This document shows, piece after piece, positions 38,856 through 51,953 of a stretch of 52,318 nucleotides of DNA. Each line of letters starts with the position of its first letter. The first letter of the stretch is position 1. Under the pieces are notes generated by a model. It made no database searches. It was given only the letters and a program-made list of their open reading frames with translations, and was not told the origin of the DNA. The stretch is taken from assembly GCF_006345805.1 (NCBI RefSeq), contig NW_021834255.1, positions 1 through 52,318 on the forward strand, read 5' to 3'. The translations under genes were made by a program, and so were the position numbers. This stretch comes from Octopus sinensis (taxonomy: Eukaryota).

Positions 38856-39962
38856 TGCGTTTGAGTCCGGCTCTTTACGTTTGAAGAATGTTTTGCGGTA
38901 TTTGCTCCGGCGCTTTACGCTCTGAGTTCGTTTTCCCGACAGGAATAATATACCGTTCTATCGTTTCAAGGTCACTAAATAAAGTACAAATCAGATCTTG
39001 TGTTTGAATTAGAAAATATCACATCTCCGTAAGAAGTCGAGATGGCCAAATCGGTTAAATGGCTTTTTTTTTTTTATTCTTTGCAAAGTTTGATTCGACT
39101 GTCTAATTTCTCAGTTCAAATTCCACCGAGATCTACTTTACATTTTTATTAAATGCTATTCGAGTACGGAGGTCAATGGCATCAACTAACACCTTCCATC
39201 AAATTTTCTCGTCTTCCGTTTAAATTAGGAATCATTACAATCCATAATATGTGGGCGACTGTATGAGTTTGAGTATGTATTTGTAAGAGTGTATGCAATA
39301 AAATGTAAATCTATTAAACGTAGCTGAATAATGAAAGTGAGCTAATTAACCAAAATTAGTAAAAAGCGTGTTTAAATGCACAAATATAAACAGAAAATTA
39401 CGAATTCATTCAGTGAAAGGAATATTACTTCATTTGTGTGTTCCGTTCAATGCTTAAATGTACGTATATTGCGACCTGATGATTAACATTAGCCACGTAT
39501 ATATATATATATATATATATATAGATGTAAGATATTTAAACAAGAGAATATGTAACCTTGACAACATCGATGTTTTGAATGAGACCAATTACGCATGAAA
39601 TCGCGAAATTTCGATTGTCAGACCTCCTGGCGCACACGTGTACACACACCCACATACACACACCAACATCAATCTCTTAATTTTTCTCGTTCTCTCCCTC
39701 CCTCCCTCTCTCTCTCTCCCTTTTCCCCTCCCCCTCTCACTTTCACTTTTCTTTATTTATATATATATATAGATAGATAGATAGATAGATAGAGATAAAT
39801 ATATATGTATATATATATGCATATATATGTATATATATATATATATAAATATATATATGCATATATACATATGTATATATATATATATGCATATATAGAG
39901 AGAGAGATATATATACATGTATATGTATATGTATGTGTGTGCGCGTGTGTGTGTGTGTATAG

Positions 39963-40235
<273 letters not shown>

Positions 40236-40278
40236 CGTAACATACACACAAACAGACACACACACACGCGCACACACA

Positions 40279-40311
<33 letters not shown>

Positions 40312-40352
40312 CACAACACACACACACACACCCACCACACATATATATATAT

Positions 40353-40384
<32 letters not shown>

Positions 40385-40600
40385 AAGTTAATCCAAACAA
40401 GAAAACAAAAAGACAACACGCAAGGACGTGGAAAAATAAGTTATTGGACGCTCAGGGAAGAAGGGAAGAAGGAGGGTTTGACGTTTCGAGCGGAGCTCTT
40501 CGTCGGAAACATAGGAGAAAGAAAGATCCCGAGACGGGAGGACAGAGGGAAAAAATTGCAGGTAGTATTCACGAGGTCACATACTAAAAAGACGGAAGTG
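40385..40600 (-). mobile_element. Penelope-like terminal repeat with a hammerhead-like motif
   Basis: Minus strand GTTT-CCGACGAA-GAGC-TCC-GCTC-GAAACGTC-AAAC. Related to 18000-18110 and 49160-49280. Confidence 0.6.
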
Positions 40601-40792
40601 GTAAAAATGGAGGAAATGTTTTTAAAAAACAAGAGAGCTGAATCAAAGAAGGAATGGTAAAAAAAAGTGTGCGAGATGACAAGGGTGTGTGTGTGAGTGT
40701 GTGCGTGTCTGTGTATGTGTGTGTATGGTGGACAATGGCTAGTAACAGGCAGTATTAGAATTAGGGAGTGGTGTGGGGGTACCCTAGCAAGT

Positions 40793-40890
40793 CGACGGGC
40801 TTCTTTCAATTTCCGTCTACCAAATCTACTCACAATGCTTGGTCGTACCGAAGCTATAGCAGAAGACACTTGCCAAAGGTGCCACGCACC
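40793..40890 (-). mobile_element. SINE family B fragment
   Basis: GGGCTTCTTTCAATTTCCGTCTACCAAATC...GGTGCCACGCA. Confidence 0.8.
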
Positions 40891-40926
40891 TTATATATAT
40901 ATATATATATAATATATATATATATA

Positions 40927-41749
40927 TACGAGATATGCTCAATACGTATCTGGACTTTTGACATACTAATAAAGCTAAAGCTAGCAGAGTGAAGTGGCTT
41001 GGTTGACCTTGAACTCTGCTGTGCATTGTTTGGAATGAAGGTATGTTGCGTGAAATCGTCGCATTGACCATGAGAAAGTTCTCATGGCGACATCTGATCA
41101 GAAGCCTATGCAAAGTTGCAGAAAGTGTATGAAGAGGAATGTATGAGCCGTACAAAAGTGTACGAATGTTTCAGATGTTTCCAAGACGGCCCCAAAATTG
41201 TCGATATTGAAGACGTACTGGGAGACCCGCTACAAGAGAGAACTAAAAAAAACATCACAAATGTGCGCGCAACTGTGAGGGGAAATCGTCGTATCACCAT
41301 TCGTGAGTTCTCAAAGGATGTGCAGATTTGTTACTGTTCATTTCAGTCCATTATCACTGAAGAATTGGGTATGAGACGAGTGTCTGCAAAGTTTGTGCCA
41401 AAACTGCTTTCAACTGAACAAAAAATACACTCGGGTTTCAGTTGCACAAAATCTCATCGATTGTGTTGAGAACAATGAAAACTTTTTGAAAACATTGCAT
41501 TGGCCTCTAAGCAGGTATCGCCAAAATTTGATGCAAGATTCTCTACTGAATTTCTCCTGTCATGCACAATGCAACGATCAACCGCTATAAACCTTCCTTC
41601 CAAGTAAACAGCGGAAGTGAGTTGGAACGTTAAAATCTAATGCGCATGCACAACAGAGTTCAAAGTCAATCTGTGCCAAGCGACTTTATTCTGTGCTATA
41701 AGTTCACTACTATGGCAACAGTCCGGGTACTTATTGATCAGGCTACGTA
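40927..41749 (+). mobile_element. Mariner-derived element family M, both ends present
   Basis: LQKVYEEECMSRTKVYECFRCFQDG...VRGNRRITIREFS...IITEELGMRRVSAKFVPKLLS, followed by an inverted 5' arm. Confidence 0.9.
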
Positions 41750-41759
41750 TGTCTGCATC

Positions 41760-41760
41760 T

Positions 41761-41859
<99 letters not shown>

Positions 41860-41860
41860 T
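41760..41860. repeat. (GATA)n microsatellite
   Basis: Read directly. Confidence 0.95.
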
Positions 41861-42699
41861 ACATATATAAGTATATATATATATACATATATACATACAT
41901 ATATATATATATATATATACACATGTATAGCTGGATGGATGGATGGATGGATGAATGATTAACTCTATGCTAGTATTACCTTTGGCACCTTGTTACCAAT
42001 AACAATTCTATAATTCCACACAAGATTTTCGTTAAATATTACCAGGGTTTCACAGAGTAAAGACAGCTGTTTCTATGGTTACGATGGCGTGAGTCTAATA
42101 CAATAGATTTTGGAAATGTAAGGTGTCCAATTACAGAGTTATTTTTACGCATGACTAGATGTATGTGAGGGAGAGGGAGAAAGAGAGAGAGAAAATGTAT
42201 GTGTATATGTGTGCGTGTGTGTGCGTATGTGTGTATGCATGCATATATATATATATATGTATATCTATATGTATGTATATATATTTGTGTATATATCTAT
42301 ATGTATGTATATATATATGCAAACACACATATATGTATGTATGTATATATATATATCATTAATCCAAAAGAACATGCAAATATACATATATTTGTTTTTC
42401 ACATCCAGATTACATAGAAACATTGAGAAAACGGGAACTAATTGGATTTTAAGATTAGACTCGATGATAAAGTTATCAATAATAGCGAAAGCATAATCAG
42501 TTTAAAACCCTTTGGATAGAAGCCTTTGACTTTTTCATTCTAAACGTTTTTTAATCCAGTATATACACACTATTGTTTATAGCTTTATCTATCTCGAACT
42601 TAACACCTAAAAACGATTTATCAAATTTACAGAAAGCCATAAAGAGAATGAAATCAAACGGAGAGAAAAGATATGTAGGTTTTTACGGTTCAACGTATA

Positions 42700-43490
42700 T
42701 ACAGGTGAATAAATTGTCGTCTAAATTATGCAAAAATGAAAATAATACTGACATCTCATTTTAACAGATATATTTACCAAAATTACATAAAAGTATCTCG
42801 AAATAATAAAGAGTAAATTTATTCAATAAAATCGCCATCGGCTTCTACAACGGCGTCCAGACAACTTCCGAATCTTTTGCAACTCTTCTGGACGGTCTCC
42901 TTGCTCAATTTTGTGAATGCTGCTATAATCCTTGCTTTCAGTTCTTTGGTATTACAAGGAATTTTGTTGTTCTCTCGCCCAACTGCATCCCACACAAAAT
43001 ATTCAAGTGGGTTGCAGTCTGGGGAGTCAGGTGGCCAGATGTTAGAGGTGGTGTGGTCGCAGAAATTGCTTAACAGCCATGACTGGGTTCTCCTACTTGT
43101 GTGACATGGTGCAGAGTCCTTTTGCCAGACATAGGATCTTCCAGCAGCCACCCTCTTGACCCAGCGCACCATTTCCTCATACAAGCACTTGATGTAGGCC
43201 TCCGTGTTGAGTCTAAGGCCGTGTGGGAAGATGGATGAAGGCATAGCGTCGCCATGATGTGAACTGGATGTTTGATTTTTATCACTCTCGGTACATGTTT
43301 TGGAGACGCGGCAAGCCACTACTTGTTCTGTGTGTTCACCGTCTGATCCGGACAGAGATTTCTCTCGTCTGAGAAAAACCAAAGCATGTTCGGTTGGAGG
43401 GGCTGCTTGAGTTTCTTCAAAAGCTTTGTAGCGCGGTCTTTCCTCTTATCCTTGGCCCATTCTCCGTTTGTATGAGTAATACCGAATAGA
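42700..43490 (-). pseudogene. 5'-truncated Tc1/mariner transposase, DD37D (maT) type
   Basis: WFFSDE (D1), WQKDSAPCH (D2), WPPDSPDCNPLEY with 37 residues between D2 and the third acidic residue. Frameshift between ORFs 43319-43513 and 42819-43382. TIR-like end TA|CAGGTGAATAAATTGTCG at 42700. Confidence 0.9.
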
Positions 43491-43710
43491 AATATTAAAA
43501 TGTATACATACATACATATACATACATAAGCAAAGCGTACATACTATTCAAATCCGCAAAATACGCTAATGAATACCATTGAACAATATATTACATTCGA
43601 TATACCATGCGTCGTATACTTATGTAAATACATTAGAACGTAAATACATTACTATGTTTATCAGTAACAAAAATATTATTGCATTATATATATATATATA
43701 TTATACATAT

Positions 43711-44010
43711 GGATGCGCAATGGCCCAGTGGTTAGGGCAGCGGACTCGCGGTCGTAGGATCGCGGTTTCGATTCCCAGACCGGGCGTTGTGAGCAAAAAC
43801 ACCTAAAGCTCCACGACGCTCTGGCAGGGGGTGGTGGCGATCCCTACTGTACTCTTTCGCCGCAATTTTCTCTCACTCTTTCTTCTGTTGGCCTGCTCGC
43901 TTAGCCAGCGGGGTGGCCTCATTCGAAGGCTAAAACAATGCGAAGCGCATTGTGACCAGCGATGTGTAGCAACATCTGATAGCCTGGTCAGTCACAGTGA
44001 TCACAGTGAT
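43711..44010 (+). mobile_element. SINE family D
   Basis: tRNA-like head with A/B boxes. Stem-loop-rich tail ending in (CACAGTGAT)2. Confidence 0.9.
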
Positions 44011-44275
44011 ATTATACATGTATGTATGTATCAAGGCTTCTCACCTCTCCCTCTCTCTTTTCTCTCACTCTCTCTATCTCTCTCTGTTTTTCTTTCTTTA
44101 TGAAAACGGACTAACTTTCGAAACATTGACGAATTGTAAAATCATAGATCTGAAATTGTCAACCGTTAGACTAAAACCCTACTTATGCCTTATACATTAA
44201 TTTTATATATTATTCTTATTGCTTTTTAAAACATTGTGTGCCTATATAAGATTATATCATCTACATATATATATA

Positions 44276-44324
<49 letters not shown>

Positions 44325-44351
44325 TACATATATACATATATATACACACAC

Positions 44352-44398
<47 letters not shown>

Positions 44399-44430
44399 TA
44401 TATACATTATACATATATATAATATATATA

Positions 44431-44473
<43 letters not shown>

Positions 44474-44477
44474 CTAT

Positions 44478-44516
<39 letters not shown>

Positions 44517-44535
44517 TATATAAATATATATATAT

Positions 44536-44597
<62 letters not shown>

Positions 44598-44658
44598 TAT
44601 ACATATATACAGCTACATGTGTGTGTGTGTGCCCAAATTTGTTGAGAAGAAAGTAAAT

Positions 44659-44748
44659 TTAATTTGTTATTGTATTTCATTATCTTTTTCAGGTAAGTCA
44701 AATTCAGTTCGTTGTTGAGAAAATGTCAAAAGAAACAGAGAAGTAAGT
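44659..44748 (+). other. Candidate splice-signal cluster: branch point, polypyrimidine tract, CAG|GTAAGT, 50 nt, second GTAAGT
   Basis: TTAAT 44659-44663, TATCTTTTTCAG ending 44692, GTAAGT 44693-44698, GTAAGT 44743-44748. Usage is unproven. Confidence 0.4.
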
Positions 44749-44944
44749 TATTTTCACAATATATATGAATGTGTTCGTATGTGGGGCGTGTCTGTGTGCG
44801 TGTGAGAGTTTATATGTTGATGTATTTACATATACAATCGTGTTTGTGTTTTCAATAAGTTTTTGTAAATACTGTGATATGTGTTTACTCAAAAATAGTT
44901 TTGCCATCTTTAAAACACATGCAGTTTTAGATGCGAGAACATAA

Positions 44945-45222
44945 CTATATATGTATGTATGTACGTATGTATGTATGTATGTATGTATGTATGTATGTAT
45001 GTATGTATGTACGTATGTATGTATGTATGTATGTATGTATGTATGTGTGTATGTATATATGTATGTATTTATGTATGTATGTATGCATGTATGTACGTAT
45101 TTATGTATGTATGTATGTATGTATGAATGTATGTACGTACGTATTTATGTATGAATGTATGTATGTATGTATGTATGTACGTACGTATGTATGTATGTAT
45201 GTATGTATGTATGTATGTGTAC
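44945..45222. repeat. (TATG)n array with TACG variants
   Basis: Read directly. Similar arrays at 18400-18470, 45755-45840, 49030-49125 and 49352-49428. Confidence 0.95.
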
Positions 45223-47226
45223 ATCTATTCATATAGTTTTATCTCTTTTAACCCTTGGCATGTCTACAGCATTTTCATACGTTTGTCCTAAACGTTCATA
45301 CTTGATTTCAGGCTTCTCGTTAGCTTTTGCTTCATACATTCTAAGTAACATAATGCTTTCCTTTCATAAGGCCCAAGTTTTTATCCACTATGGTAGATAA
45401 ATAGAAAATTAGGAATATGTATCATATATCATTCATAGGTACCAAAAACCTAATCCCTGTGTATCACATGTGAAACATAAGACAGGCAAAATATTAAATT
45501 GAATTCATTCCTTACTAGATATAAAATGAGTGGAAAGAAGCCCAGCTTCAATGCTGGAATTTCGATATCAACCATGATATCTGTTACATATCACACTTGA
45601 TGTTTCTTTCTATTCAAGACTTAAAATTTTTTAATATTTATTCCTTTTTTTTTTAATACATATTTTATTTGTAAAGTGCGGTTAACCTGGTCAGTTTGTT
45701 GGCTTGAAAGCCTTAACTTTACCAGACTGTCACTTAAACTTATTTACTATACTATGTGTATGTATGTATGTATGTATGTATGTATGTATGTATGTATGTA
45801 TGTATGTATGTATGTATGTATGTATGTATGACTGTATGTATATTTGTATCAACTACTTATACGTGTTTATATATATTTTATTATTTATCCTTCAACTTTT
45901 GGATTTAATCAATCGGACATTTTGCCGAACGAAGCCCATCATATATATACGGATGTGTGCGTGCGTGTGTGTGTGTGTGTTTGTGTATGTGTGTGTGGGC
46001 GTGTGCGTGTTTGCGTGAGTGTGTGTGCTTGTGTCTGTCCACCTGCCTCCGCTTGGCAACCGGAGCTAGTTTGTTTATGCTCCTCTTGTCGCCATTTTAT
46101 ATTTTTAATTTCATGCACGCGCGTTGCTTGTTTTTCATTTTATCGACTACATAGTATGGTAGGGTCAGTTGGGTACCGTCTGTGAGAAAAGTAGCACCAT
46201 GACTCAATGCACTCTGCCAAAGAAGTTCGGCAAAAAAGATGTTAGAATTAATTCTAGTGTTCAATTTATTCGACTAAACTATTCAAGACGGTACACCGTA
46301 ACCAGTAAAAGACATAAGATAATATTCCTTGTAGTGCAACTTCTAAAACGGTCAAGAATCACTGCGAAAGCCAGTATGTCTGGAATAGTAACATGAATTA
46401 AATTATACAGCAAGGAGGCGATGCTCACAACCCTAACACTGCAAGCCATTCAGGAATTCATTTTTACTTGTATTACTGTCTATATTCAAGGCTTTACGAC
46501 CGACGAAATAAATTCTAGTTAAATACTAGTCACACAATGAGAAAAATTCAATTTAATTATCTGTAATATGTGAGTATCAGTGTAAAAAATCAATATTTCT
46601 AATTATGAAACACTACGGTTCTACAAAGATTTTAGACATGGCTTTAGAGATGCAATCCAGCAGTAACAACGACATGTTACGGCCACCTGTTAAAAATATA
46701 GGTTACGAACTCGCCAAATTGATAACAGTTCGTATAGCGTCCATTGATATCTTTGATGCTCAATAATTTAATCCTAGTAAGTCGATATATTATATTTTAT
46801 ATATAAATAATTCATATGATATATTGAAAATGGATACAATTAATAATTGTCTGTGAAAAATTTACATTTTTTTTTTTATGAAGTTTAATTTTTCATTATA
46901 CAGAACACTGTATTTTAGCTCGCAACTCCATTTAAAACACACGCATAAGTGTCTCTAGAGGTAAAAATATATAAATATATGTGTGTGAGAAAGAGAGTGT
47001 GTGTGTGTGTTTCTGTATGCTTGTGTGTGTGTGTTTGTGCTTGTGTGTGTGTGTGCTTGTGTGTGTGTGTGTGAGTGTGTGTGTGTATGTATATTTACAC
47101 ACACAAACACATGCATTATATGTTTATACACACACATACAATATACATATATATATTTGCAGTTATACATATATGTATATATGTGTGTTGTGGTATAGAT
47201 ATGTATATATTATAGTATATATATAT

Positions 47227-47257
<31 letters not shown>

Positions 47258-48404
47258 GTAGATGTATATATACATATGTACATACATATATATACGTATA
47301 TCTATAACACATATATGTGTGTATGTATGCATGCATGATGTATGTACGGTGTGTATGTATGAATATATGTATGTTTGTGTATATGTGCCTCCATAATGAA
47401 TGAAGTTGTCTGCATATTATATTTCTTTGCACTTATTCATATATTGAGAAAGAACCATTACAGTAAATAAATAATAGTGAATTAGATTAGTAGAAGACAG
47501 AGAGAGACAGAGATAGGGATAGAGAGAGATAGAGAGAAAGAGAGAGAGAGGGGAAACTAACAAAAGAAGACATCCTGGAGGAAAATGGGTGAGAAAGCAC
47601 ACCAACAAATGTGTTATTTTAAAACGAACGAAACACAATGGGATAGCAAAACATTTTAATTGGAAAATGTAAAAAGTAATATCTCGAAATGAAAAAATAT
47701 AAACAAAAGAGAAACAAAAATTTAAGCGGTCTGAACCAAAATATAACTACAAATCTACATAATGGGAAAATGGCGAGAATAAAAGCACTGGGTCAAAACA
47801 AAAGCCTCAAATTTGTGAATGAGAATGTCGGTCATATTAGAAACGGCGCCATTGACAACAAACACTAAGAATAGCGAATAACGTTTGAAGCGAGAGTTTT
47901 CTGCGTTCGTTCGCAGTATTGTTGTATTACTTCTGGAACATCTAAATTCTTTGCCGCCATTGCTAACACTAAGCTACCCAATGTCTTTTATGTGGTTTTA
48001 ACGTCAATGCTTGTACTCTCACCAATTTACCGAGAAACCAACATTTAATTTAATATCGTTCATTTTCGGTTCCTGTCGTTGTTTTTCGGTTTCTGTCGCC
48101 ACATCATGGACTAATGACGCCATTACATTTACTACTAAACATTCACAATAATCTTTACTAATAAAACTAACGGTATTCTTCCAACACCAAAATCATAGAC
48201 ATGATTGCTGTCTCTAATAGCAACGGAATAAAATTAACTTCAAGATAATTGTAAATTCATTAAATTAAGTCGGGACATTGATAAAAGCGTCTCCTTTCCA
48301 CACGGTTAATTAATGCAGTGACATTGTAACACAGCTATATCCCATTGGATTATTTTCGCCCACACAGCCGTTTTGACTGGGCTCCCTGGATTCTGGATTT
48401 AAAC

Positions 48405-48456
<52 letters not shown>

Positions 48457-48490
48457 ACACAAACACACACACACACACATACATACACGA

Positions 48491-48890
48491 ATGTGGCTGT
48501 GTGGTAAGTAGCTTGCTAACCAACCACATGGTTCCGGGTTCAGTCCCACTGCGTGGCATCAGTCCCACTGCGTGTCTTCTGCTATAGCCTCGGCCCGACC
48601 AATGCTTTGTGAGTGGATTTGGTAGACGGAAACTGAAAGAAGCCTGTCGTATATATGTGTATATATATGTGTGTGTGTGCTTGTGCTTGTGTGTCTGTGT
48701 TTGTGCCCCTAGCATTGCTTGACAACCTATGCTGGTGTGTTTACGTCCCCGTCACTTAGCGGTTCGGCAAAAGAGACCGATAGAATAAGTACTGGGCTTA
48801 CAAAGAATAAGTCCCGGGGTCGATTTGCTCGATTAAAAGGCGGTGCTCCAGCACGGCCGCAGTCAAATGACTGAAACAAGTAAAAGAGAG
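48491..48890 (+). mobile_element. SINE family B, full length, with a duplicated B-box region
   Basis: CAGTCCCACTGCGTG occurs twice, replacing the CTTGGGCAAG segment. Confidence 0.9.
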
Positions 48891-49125
48891 AATACATATA
48901 ATTAAATGGCAATGTTGTTGTTAGGGATTTCGAAGTGTCGGACAGAGAAGCCATCGACAATGGCTTAACTGACCAAAACTTTGAAATCACTGTCAATCAC
49001 ATACATACATACAATACATACGTGCGTAAGTGCGTACATACATACATACATACATACATACATACATACATACATACATACATACATACATACATACATA
49101 CATACATACATACATACATACATAC

Positions 49126-49351
49126 GCCATATTGGATCGTTAGCCCCTACACGCAATTTTTTTCTCTGCTTGTTTCTTTTCTGTGTATCTTTCTGTCGAA
49201 GAGCGTAGGCTCGAAACGTAAAAGACTTGTTTTATTTCTATTCCTGAGGGCCATATTAATACATTATTTGTTTGCACTCCACCTGCCTTCCTCTTTTGCT
49301 TATTTTCGTAAACCTGCCTTCGTCTTTTGTTTATTTTCGTAAACCTTCCCG
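49126..49351 (+). mobile_element. Penelope-like terminal repeat inserted in (CATA)n, with a hammerhead-like motif
   Basis: TCTTT-CTGTCGAA-GAGC-GTAG-GCTC-GAAACGTA-AAAGA at 49188-49225. A 31-bp internal tandem duplication lies near the 3' end. Confidence 0.65.
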
Positions 49352-49382
<31 letters not shown>

Positions 49383-49564
49383 CATACATACATACATACA
49401 TACATACATACATACATACATACATACATTGAAGGCTACTTCTAAACTACATGTTTCCGAGTTTAGTGCCACAGCGTAGAAACTTGGACAAGCGTCGCGC
49501 TCACAAAAGCCTTATTAGTAGATTTGGAGTGTTGTGTATGTGTGTTTGTGCTATGTGTTGCGTA

Positions 49565-49770
49565 TGTGTGTTTGTGCTAGTACCCAACCACTGCTGGACA
49601 ACTGGTTTGTTTACAACCCCGTAACTAATGGTTCGAAAAAAAGAGACTCATAGAATACCAGGCTTTAAAAGAAAAATAAGTAACGGGGTCGATTTGCTTG
49701 ACTAAAATCTTTCAAGACGGTGTTCCAGCCTGGTCGCTGTCCAGTGACTGAAACAAGTAAAACATAAAAG
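49565..49770 (+). mobile_element. SINE family B, 3' half
   Basis: GGTTCGAAAAAAAGAGAC...GGGGTCGATTTGCTTGACT...GACTGAAACAAGTAAAA. Confidence 0.8.
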
Positions 49771-49962
49771 ACATATAAGTTTTATAGAGTAACTTCGAAG
49801 TTTCGGTTTAGTTTCATTAATCAAGTTGTCGCCAGTCCGCCCAGACTTCGACGTCACTGTCAACACTTTCTTTGTGAGATTAAATAAATGTGTTACTCTA
49901 AGAGAAAAGTATTGAGTGATCCTTCAAATTAATTTTCAAAAAATACATATACATTAATACAT

Positions 49963-49993
<31 letters not shown>

Positions 49994-50113
49994 TATATAT
50001 ATATATTATATATATATATATACATAAATACATACATACATACATACATATGTATTTCGATGTATATATATATATATATATATATATACATACATATGTA
50101 TTTCTATGTATAT

Positions 50114-50150
<37 letters not shown>

Positions 50151-50498
50151 AGCTCTGTTAATACTTGGGAATTCAATTATCGTCAGTCAATACCATTACT
50201 ACTGCATCCAATATAACTTTTTCTACCAACAACATCAACATCCGAATGTACTATAGGCGTGGCGTATCTCAGTAACACAATAAACAAACAGAACTACTAC
50301 TACTGCTGCTGTGGCTTATGACAATATTATTCATCAATGTCGCCTTCATCCTCCTCCTCCTCTTCCTTATCATCGTCGTCGTCGTCGTCATCATCACCCA
50401 TCATCATCATCTTCTTCATCCATTGCAACAGCAATAATAGCTTTGATCATCACCGTTGTCGCAAATATCAATCGCACCGCGGACCAACGAACGATCCG

Positions 50499-50540
<42 letters not shown>

Positions 50541-51039
50541 CACACACACACTTAAATGGTTAGAAATAGCAGCCTAACCTTCGTTAATCATACACTATAG
50601 TCTTGATGTTTGTCTTAGAAAGATTACGTCCAAATAAATGGCGAGAAAGTCACTGCTGGAAAATATTTATAAAAATAGATCTGGTCTATGAGGGTAAAAA
50701 CAATAAAACCAACACCAACAGCCGCTGCAACAACAATAATAATAACAACTGCAGCAATAACAGTGACAGCAGCAAAAATAACCGCCAGAACATACAAGCG
50801 ATAAAAACAACTATAATAGCACAAACAGCAACAAAAGCAAAAACAATGACAGTAGCAATATCAACAACAATTCAACAACAACATTTGTATGAGACTGTCA
50901 GCAACCAGTCGATTTTTTTTCTCCCAGATACAGAAATAAATAATCGATATTTTCCGACAACTTTTCCGATCATTCAATTAAAAGGTGATCGAAGATTGGA
51001 GACTGTTTTGTAGTTATACGGTTAATTTTGATGTGCGAT

Positions 51040-51700
51040 TATTTAATGTAGTGACTGGGTGTCTGGATGAAAGAGTTGGCGGGAGATGGGCTGTGGAGCA
51101 GGATGGCGAAGGTGGAGGCGAGATTTAGGTGGATATGTCGATGTTGGAGACTAGGTTGAGTGGATGGGTGATGGAACTAAAGATGAGATTGGGGTGGATA
51201 GATAGGTGATGAGAATATAGGTGAATTTGTGGTTGATAGATAGATGATATATGTAGCATAAAAATGGTTGATGGAGGTGGTTGGTTGAATGGAGGTGGAA
51301 GTTTGAATGGAGGTGGATGGTTGAATGGAGGTGGATGGTTGAATGGTAGAATAGTGGTGGGGTTTTTGGAGCTGGACATATTGATTGAAGGATGGTAGAA
51401 GATTTTAGAGGTGTGAGGCTGCATGGAGTTGGAAGTGTGAGATAGTGACATAGGAGCGAGTTCATGCTGGAAAGCTGGATAATTGAAGTGGCGATGACGA
51501 TGTGATGTTGCGCTGGATGTTGGAGGTGGAGATGGAGGTGGAGATGGAGGTGTGAGATTGTGGTGATTGTTGGATGTTAGAAGCAGAGGTAGAGGTGTGG
51601 GAAAGAGGTAGTGGTAGGTGGTTGGATGATGACGATGAAGATGAAAATATGAGTCTGTGAGGTACGGCTGGATGATCGAAATGGAGTTGAGGTTATAAGA
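51040..51700. repeat. G/A/T-rich low-complexity tract containing an 18-bp minisatellite (TTGAATGGAGGTGGATGG, about 4 copies)
   Basis: Read directly. Confidence 0.75.
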
Positions 51701-51953
51701 ACTTCAAAACTGTGAAGGTGAGAATCTGATAAATGAGTGAGAAACAGAAATACTGATTGGCAATTGGTTGTTTTAATTGTTGTTTAGTCTAATTTAGGGC
51801 TTTGATTAATGATATTTCATCTGATTAATGACGTTCCATCTGATTAATGACATCCAGCTTTGTGCATAACAGAGACGCCATTGTCCAATGTGCTGTTGCT
51901 TTCTTTAAACAGTGAAGCATGATTTTCTTTTAAAGAAACTCACCTGCATGTCG

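Noticed and set aside
45229-45365. Short K/E-rich minus-strand ORF (MLLRMYEAKANEKPEIKYERLGQ…) and a TTAACCCT piggyBac-like end
   Set aside because: About 45 codons with no support, and no partner TIR found.
51125-51700. Stop-free His/Pro/Ser/Thr-rich frame of about 190 codons on the minus strand
   Set aside because: An overlapping second frame is also long, so stop depletion follows from base composition. No convincing in-frame acceptor or early start.
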